Source: Octopus bimaculoides
Lineage: Eukaryota
Assembly: GCF_001194135.2 (NCBI RefSeq)
Contig: NC_068982.1
Coordinates: 20,002,201 to 20,046,606, forward strand
Length of the DNA stretch: 44,406 nucleotides
Direction of reading: 5' to 3'
Shown in pieces: positions 36,855 to 44,406 of this stretch (position 1 is the stretch's first letter; the number at the start of each line of letters is the position of its first letter). Below the pieces are notes generated by a model. It did not search any database and was not told the origin of the DNA. It worked only from the letters and a program-made list of their open reading frames with translations. The position numbers and the translations under genes were made by a program.

Positions 36855-37680
36855 TGAGTAAGAGAGTAGTGCATGCTATCAAAGTGACACTGGGGTAAAA
36901 TATACGAGCTCAGTATACCCATCATAATGTCAACATCGGCGTTATTAGCTCTCGTTGGGTATTTGCCATTCAGAGGTTTTTCTTTTCATTTATCAATAAG
37001 AATATCTAATGCAGCAGTTTTAGCACGGGTTTTCATACGCTTAGCTTTTTCTCTTCTTGTTTCCAGTATGTCTAATTCTGGGATTTGTTGTATTTGGAAT
37101 TCATTTCGATATTTCTTTGCCTGTTTTGTTACTCTTTACTCTTTTACTCTTTTACTTGTTTCAGTCTTTTGACTGCGGCCATGCTGGAGCACCGCCTTTA
37201 GTCGAGCAAATCGACCCCAAGACTTATTCTTTAGAAGCCTAGCACTTATTCTATCGGTCTCTTTTGCCCGAACCGCTAAGTTACGGGGACATAAACACAC
37301 CAGCATTGGTTGTGAAGCGATGTTGGGGGGACAAACACAGACACACAAACACATACATACATACATACATATATATATATATGCATATATACGACGGGCT
37401 TCTTTCAGTTTCCGTCTACCAAATCCATTCACAAGGCTTTGGTCGGCCCGAGGCTATAGTAGAAGGTACTTGCCCAAGATGCCACGCAGTGGGACTGAAC
37501 CCGGGACCATGTGGTTGGTAAGCAAGCTACTTACCACACAGCCACTCCTACACCTACTAAGTATGATGCTTTCTTGTTTTCATGCTTGAAGACAAGTTTT
37601 AACATCCAGTCATCGGAGTTTTTCAGGTAAGTGTTGAGACCAATTGTGGCAATCTTTATAGTTAGTTCCAGTTAATTCCA
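36855..37680 (-). mobile_element. R4/Dong-clade LINE fragment (post-RT region joined to a 3' terminus), interrupted by a SINE
   Basis: Removing the SINE gives one frame: IGLNTYLKNSDDWMLKLVFKHENKKASYLVTKQAKKYRNEF...DK*KEKPLNGKYPTRANNADVD. The single stop is at the conserved W. Confidence 0.85.
37134..37554 (-). mobile_element. Full-length tRNA-derived SINE with internal (TATG)/(TG) tract and (GAGTAAAA)n tail
   Basis: A-box GGAGTGGCTGTGTGG, B-box GGTTCAGTCCC, tail GGCGGTGCTCCAGCATGGCCGCAG..GACTGAAAC; possible 4-bp TSD TACT at 37130-37133 and 37555-37558. Confidence 0.93.

Positions 37681-37681
<1 letters not shown>

Positions 37682-37756
<75 letters not shown>
37682..37756. repeat. (TAT)n microsatellite; (TAA)n tail or target of an R4 element
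   Basis: Directly visible; follows the 3'UTR of the element at 37760-38412 on the minus strand. Confidence 0.97.
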
Positions 37757-37759
37757 CTA

Positions 37760-38412
37760 AGACGTCGCACACTATCCAATATCGTGATGCTGTTGATTAA
37801 AGATATTGTGTCTACCGGAGGTTTGTACTGTCGGTCAAGTCACAACAAGGACCTCAGACAGACAGTACTTTACGCAATATGCGTGCTGTTCCAAGTAATG
37901 CCGATTTTTTTCAATTCACCTAGATTGTAGGGTATCTCTGAAGTTTCCAGATGTTTTTTCAGGTTGGATCGTATTGAACCCAATGCTCAGATAACAATAG
38001 GAACAACCTTTATATTTGACACTCGTAGCTGCCACATCTTGGTGATCTCAATTCTCAGGTCTCCATATTTATGAATCTTTTCTCTTTCTTTCATGATAAT
38101 ATGTTGATCTCCTGTCACTGCCACGTCGATTATTAGGTACTGTTGTTTTTCTCTCCTAAAGGTTACTATGTTCAGGCCTTCGGTGCACTAACACCTTGTC
38201 TATCTGGAAGTCAAAATCTCATAGGATGTTTGCTTTCCCTTTTTCCTCCATTACGTTTTTTGGTGTATGGTGGCACCAAGCACCCGTTACCTCGTATCCA
38301 TACTTCCGGCACAGTATCCAATGAAGTTTCTGCTTTTTTTTTTATGTTTGCGCTTGTACTCTTACTAGGAACACTTTCACATGCACTAACAATGTGAGTC
38401 ACGCTTTCCACT
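37760..38412 (-). mobile_element. R4/Dong-clade LINE 3' end: CCHC remnant, restriction-like endonuclease and 3'UTR
   Basis: ESVTHIVSAC, KANIL*DFDFQIDKVLVHRRPE, YLIIDVAVTGDQHIIMKEREKIHKYGDL, VVPIVI*ALGSI, SALLGTAHILRKVLSV*. Confidence 0.92.
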
Positions 38413-38420
38413 ATTAATAT

Positions 38421-38453
<33 letters not shown>

Positions 38454-38455
38454 GT

Positions 38456-38484
<29 letters not shown>
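38421..38484. repeat. (CAT)n microsatellite
   Basis: Directly visible. Confidence 0.97.
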
Positions 38485-38487
<3 letters not shown>

Positions 38488-40535
38488 TCCTACCTATGAT
38501 ATTTATACGGTTTTAATAGATACCCAAGCCGATCGCACTGAATGATTTCCGTTTTAAATTACTGCTTGTATCAGGCTGTTCTTTTTAACTCTGGTATAGC
38601 TTTTATCAGTCTCGCGTACTTAATTTCGAATTCGTTGTGCTTTACCTTAGTAAAGACATCTTGAGCCTTAGTTTCAGATAGAGACCGGCGAAGTTAATGA
38701 GATTTGGCTGGGAATATTTGTGTAGAAGCTTGTCGCAGGGACTGTAACTCGTCTTGGCCATTTGACGACACTCGATATCCGGTTTATCAGAGTCTTCCGT
38801 GTGCCATCTTACTGCGGTTTACAGTATTTAGAGCATTTGCATAAAGTTGTGTGTCTAAGCATAGTCACTCTCTTTTCCAAGTCTCGAGCAGGTTCTAAAA
38901 CATTTCACTAATTTTGTCCTTCAATGATTCAGTAAACACTTCCAGAAATTTCATGCAGTGCTAAATACTGCGCAGATGACATTTTTGGACAACGAGTAAT
39001 GGATCATATGTGGTTTTGTATTAGTTCCATTCCACTACCTCGGCTATATGGACAAAACCAATTAAGTATAATGGAGAAATTTATCGCTTCACAGCGATTA
39101 TTCTTTGCGAGCTACTGCGTATTTCGCACTACCGTAAATCATCGCGATACACATTTACAGACAAAGAATTTGAGGTAAAATCCATACCCAAATGAATACA
39201 GCTCTGCTGATGACATGGTAGCATCACAACGTAATTTCAACTGGTTGGCTATTATTTTCATAGCTTGGACATTTGCATCTCACATACATAATGTAACATC
39301 ACTGTGATGTTAAAATGTTAAAATGTTCGAAAATATCTACCATTTTGGTTCCAAAACTCACGTTGCAACACCACATACTTAGTTCAATTAATTAGCTTAT
39401 GCTTTTGCCAAGGCTTATTACTTGGTAAAAAGTAAATGATGTTTTAGTATCCGTGGAAACAACAGCAACTGAATGTTTTAATCAGCCAAAAATATATTTA
39501 AATTAATGTTCATAACTACTTATGACAGCCCAGGCGTAGCATTTTCCCTTACAACATACCATTGAATAGAACACATACTTCTGTGATGTTTTAATTCATT
39601 CATATATTTCTTTCGAAGCCCTCATGCTAGTGCTTTTTTTCTTCTTACCAACGGCAATGTAAAGGGTATAATTTATAAGAATATAGCAACACTTTACATT
39701 TATAGTGAAGACAAGTTTTGGAATGTGCTTTTGATGTTTATATATATGCAATGCAATTACAGCTTTTATTTCCGTAAAAATTTCAAAGAGATAATAGTAA
39801 AAAAAAAAGGAAAAAAAGTTGTTTGAGCAGATTTAAACCGAATATCAAAAAGGATGTTTTTAAATTGCACTATAACGCCATAAAGGTAGTATTAGTGGCG
39901 AATCAACATTAAAATATCTTCCAATAAATGTATCGAAATATATTAAAAAGTAACGAATTTTAATGTATGGATCACACATTTTCCCAAAGTAACATTATGC
40001 AATGTAAACAGCTGGTCATATAATAAAGGATTTGTATTAAAAATAGAGCAAAATATATGAATCTAAACTCATTCAACGAACTAAATCACCACTTCTAAAG
40101 AATATATAATTTTGTCAATATTGGCCATGAAGTATCTGGAATATGTTAAAGCGTTTGAAGTGTGGGATTGAAAAGTTAAGAAAGGATGGAACATAGTTTC
40201 ATCTCGGAGCGCACCTAAAATGATTTATTGGATTAATCCTAAATATATTTCAAATATTAAAGATAATCTAAACACCAATGAAAATGTTTTCGCATTCCAC
40301 TTTCTACTTAGAAATAAAATATGAATAAAGAGACACTTCTCTGTCTCCCCTTCCCTCTCCCTCTCCCTCTCTTTGTATACATACAAGCACACAAACTCAC
40401 GCACACGCGTATCAATAGATATCATATATNNNNNNNNNNNNNNNNNNNNNNNNNNNNNNNNNNNNNNNNNNNNNNNNNNNNNNNNNNNNNNNNNNNNNNN
40501 NNNNNNNNNNNNNNNNNNNNNNNNNNNNNNNNNNN

Positions 40536-40536
40536 A

Positions 40537-40589
<53 letters not shown>

Positions 40590-40800
40590 CAAGAAAGACA
40601 GAGAGAGCAAGAAAGACAGAAAGAGAGAGAGAGAGAGACAAGTGCACACGCAATGGGTCGTACATGCATACATAAAAATGTATATCTATCTATCTACCTA
40701 CCTATCTATACATACATATATATATATATACATGCATGCGTACGTACGTATGTACATACATATACATGCATATGTAAATATATGTGTATGTGTATGTGCA
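40536..40800. repeat. (TA)n, (GA)n with an 18-bp unit duplicated, and (CATA)n low-complexity tract
   Basis: Directly visible; AGAGAGCAAGAAAGACAG occurs twice. Confidence 0.9.
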
Positions 40801-41486
40801 TATACAGAGAGCGGGGGAAAAGAACACGCTGTGCGAGTGTGTGTGTGTACAAGTATGCTCTGTGATTTTGTGTTGAAATGCGTAAAAGTTTGCAGTTAAG
40901 AAAAACTCAAATATGATTCATACTTCGCATATACTAAACGTTATTTAGTTAAACAGATATTTTTAAAAGGGAATCACCGATTTCTAATCTGCAGCAAATA
41001 TAATGATACTCCTAATTCGAAAGATGGTAAATATAATGTATTTGAAAGAATTTCATTGCAGAGTAAAATAGATTACATGTTCATTAGAGTAATGTTCAGT
41101 TACTTGTTATTTGTCAAGATGAGCCATACATTTTTCATACTGGCGGTGAGGGGTTCGGGATGTATGAAGGGAATTAAATGGGCCTATAATGCTGAATATT
41201 TTTGACTCGACCACCCTGTAAGTCTTATGTTCTTTGACACTCGTCAACTTAGCAAAATTTTAGGTTCCGTAAGAAGATACATAAAAATGTACAAAAATAT
41301 ACATACATTTATAAAATTACACTCGCAAGTTTACCTGGTAAATACACCACAGTTTTAAAATGTAGTGAGATACGTCAGGTAACTAATGAAGAACTTGGTA
41401 GATGAGTTAAAAAAGAAAACAATATCATTGGTTCCTTCATAATGGCATTTTCTAAGTAATTTTTCTCTCCATTATATACTATCCCT

Positions 41487-41890
41487 AGGGCGGCGAGCTG
41501 GCAGAATCGTTAGCACGTATTTCATCTGCCCTTACGTTCTGAGTTCAAACTCCGCCGAGGTCGACTTTGCCTTTCATCCTTTCGGGGTCGATTAGATAAG
41601 TACCAGTTACGCACTGGGGTCGATATAATCGACTTAATCCGTTTGTTTGTCCCCTCTTTGTATCGCCCATTGTGGGCAGTAAAGAAATAAGAATCGTTAG
41701 CACGCCGAGCGAAATGCTTGGCGGTATTACGTCTGCCATTACGTTCTGAGTTCAAACTCCGCCGAGGTCGACTTTACCTTTTATTAATATCAGGGTTCAT
41801 AAAATAAGTACCAGTTCAGCATTGGAGTCGTTGTAATCGACTTCACCCGTTACCCGAAAGTTGCTGGCCTTGTGCCAAAGTTTGAAACCA
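41487..41890 (+). mobile_element. SINE containing a 5'-truncated SINE of the same superfamily (insert 41518-41690)
   Basis: Exact 14-bp duplication GAATCGTTAGCACG at 41504-41517 and 41691-41704; the two bodies have different 3' tails. Confidence 0.85.
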
Positions 41891-43107
41891 ATATATACTA
41901 TCCCAACACAAAAAGAAACGAAATTGTCTCGTAATGAGTGAGTCTCCCCGTGATCATTCGAATGGACAGAAATAGCAGCCAAACATCTCTAAAATCAAAA
42001 GTGCTGAACTTACAGAATTTACGGATGTCTTGCGTAATGCATTTCGAAATGTCCCTAAGAAGATAAAATGGCAATACCGGGTAATTAATTATACATGCTC
42101 TCGACACAAGAGAGCTTCAGCTAAAAAAGAAAAAGAAATACTGACAACATTTAATTAGTAGATATATCGAGTGGTTAGCTGCGGATCGCATCTTTTGGCG
42201 AAAATTGTATTTGTGTTCTATAAATGGGAAACAATACCGAATTCTCAATTAATGGAAAATGCGAGAGGATAAAAATTTAATGTGGGAGTTACAATGTCAG
42301 CATTCAGTTCTTCGTTTTAGCTATTTCGATACACACCAGGAAACGTACTCTTGAGACAGAACAACAAAAACCAAAAACGATAAATATGACAATAGAAATA
42401 CAACACATTCGTTATATCACGCAGAGCATGATTATCGTAAAGCCCTTATCAGATTATACACGCATTTGTCTGTATACTTCTGAGGTTAGGGTTAGCGTTA
42501 GGGTTGTGAAGTTGTATATGCAGGTGTATACACATATATAAAGGTTGATGATCTATTTTTGTTCTCTTATTAAGAGTTCACAAATTAATGTTTGATTTTA
42601 TCTTTTTCTTGGAGATAATTTTCAAGGATGATGTTTGCTAAGTGGCAATCATTTTAAGCAGCCGTTCCCGATTGTGTTACGATAAGAGGCGAGAATGAAC
42701 ATATGAGTGAAATATTAATCTCTCTCACACACAGCCGGGACACACGCTCACTCATAAGCAAATATTCATATTTATATATATATATATTTGTGTTTATTTG
42801 CATATTTGTATAGTTGTATCTATCTATCTTTGCTTGCGTGTATATTTGCATTGGCATGTAAACAAAGTTAGAGTCCTTTCTTAAATGTTAATTGTCATTC
42901 AATTACTGAATTATCGGGAATGGAATCTTCAGGTTTAGACTTTATTTAAACTCTTCGTCATAAGTGAATTAGTGATTCGCCTGAAGATCGTACACATATG
43001 AACGTGAAACCAATGGTAGCAGATACTAGTCACAAAATATGAACTGTATTACTAATACACTCTCATGAGATTGAATACTTTTGTGTTGACATCTTATATC
43101 TATTCCA

Positions 43108-43147
43108 TTCAAACACACACACACACGTACATATATAGATAGATATA

Positions 43148-43223
<76 letters not shown>

Positions 43224-43240
43224 CATACATACATACATAC

Positions 43241-43280
<40 letters not shown>
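43108..43280. repeat. (CA)n/(TA)n/(CATA)n compound microsatellite
   Basis: Directly visible; explains the ORFs at 43026-43407. Confidence 0.97.
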
Positions 43281-43283
<3 letters not shown>

Positions 43284-44101
43284 GAACCCCAGCGATGTTG
43301 CATACATGCAGCAAGAGTTGGACTCAATTTACAGATGGGATAAGGACAATAATACGCAGTTTAATGCTGAGAATTCCAAGCCCTGCGCTACCAGCGTCCA
43401 AAACTGAATATATAACTTAAAGGGTACACTGGTCCACAGGAGATTACCAGGAGATTACCAGCCTAAATCAGTGAGGGACCTCGGTATCGACATAAGTGAT
43501 GATACCTCTTTCCAAGCGCACATTAGCAGGATAGCGGTAAAGTACACACGACTGACCGGATGGATCCTGAGAATGTTCAGAACCAGAGAAAAGGAAACCA
43601 TGATGGTCCTCTGGAGAACATTCGTCCTCAGACGCCTGGATTACTGTTCCCAGCTATGGTCAGTGTAAAATTAATAGCGGACCTTGAAGCAATCCAGCGA
43701 AGCTTCACAAAGAAGATCGTCTCATTGCAACAGCTCAGCTACTGGGAAAGGCTGAGACAGCTAAGACACTACTCCCTAAAGCGAAGGCGGGAGAGGCATG
43801 CAGTAACATACATCTGGAAGATCCTGGTAGGAATTGTGCCAAATTTTGGCATTGAAAGCTACACAAATGCCAGAAAGTGTCGACGCTGCACAGTGCCAAA
43901 GATCCTAGCGATGCCATCGCGCTTGAGGACCAGTTACTCCAACAGCCTGGGTTTCAGCTGACCACACCTTCATAATATTCTCTGAAAGAGCCTGAGGGAC
44001 CTACAAAAATTGGATGTAGGTGCTTTCAAATCAAAACTGGACCTTTTCCTATCTAGAGCCGGAGATGAACCTACCTCGCGGCAAGATGTGCAAATGAGGG
44101 T
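43281..44101 (+). mobile_element. CR1-group LINE, 3' portion of ORF2 (frameshifted)
   Basis: [102 protein letters not shown]. Confidence 0.93.
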
Positions 44102-44406
44102 ACATCTTGTTCTACAGCATCGGAAAGTTGAACTATGAACTTTTATGCTTCTTTTTTCTTCTTTATCTCCATCTACTTATTCTTTTACCCCCTTCCTCCA
44201 TGTCATCATCTCATTAATATATACCGTTCTCATTTTCCTTATTTTTCCTTATTTGTATCTGATGACGGAATATCCCATAATCGGAGATATCCCAGAAACA
44301 GCTGCTAAACTTTGCATCTTTTCTAATAATAATATTGAGATGCTTGAGATGCTTGCTTTGCCTTAATGTTTGTTGTCTTCTTTAACAATTATATATATAT
44401 ATATAT

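Noticed and set aside
36595-36898. Poly-Asn/Thr, poly-Ile and poly-Leu ORFs
   Set aside because: Translations of the trinucleotide array.
37592-37626. Apparent plus-strand exon with a perfect CAG|GTAAGT donor
   Set aside because: Lies inside the minus-strand R4 ORF (NTYLKNSDDWML); a chance splice signal.
38500-39330. GC-richer stretch that may be an ancient LINE endonuclease or linker region
   Set aside because: No convincing motif in any frame, so left unannotated.

Overview
AT-rich, repeat-dense animal genomic DNA from a gapped short-read-type scaffold (9 N-gaps, about 2.9 kb, nearly all abutting microsatellites). From memory the SINE families look like those of Octopus (coleoid cephalopod); this is an inference, not a database result. 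I found no intact, recognisable protein-coding gene, tRNA, rRNA or CRISPR array. The ORF track is explained by microsatellites, N-runs, decayed transposon ORFs or chance. What can be supported is a fossil mobilome: two Tc1/mariner transposase remnants (maT/DD37D-like and mariner/DD34D-like); non-LTR retrotransposon fragments of the R4/Dong, CR1-group, RTE-like and Hero-like types; Penelope-type termini with decayed hammerhead-ribozyme cores; about 15 tRNA-derived SINE copies; and many simple repeats. I cannot demonstrate a new biological system. The best leads are: (1) an R4-clade locus at 12.66-15.2 kb with permuted domain order, a 168-bp fold-back inverted duplication and a near-perfect 47-nt hairpin; (2) two hammerhead relics; (3) a 3' tail shared between a SINE and CR1-group LINEs; (4) nested insertions whose empty sites can be reconstructed exactly. 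A few possible host exons are listed as weak candidates only. Element boundaries are approximate unless a TSD is given.
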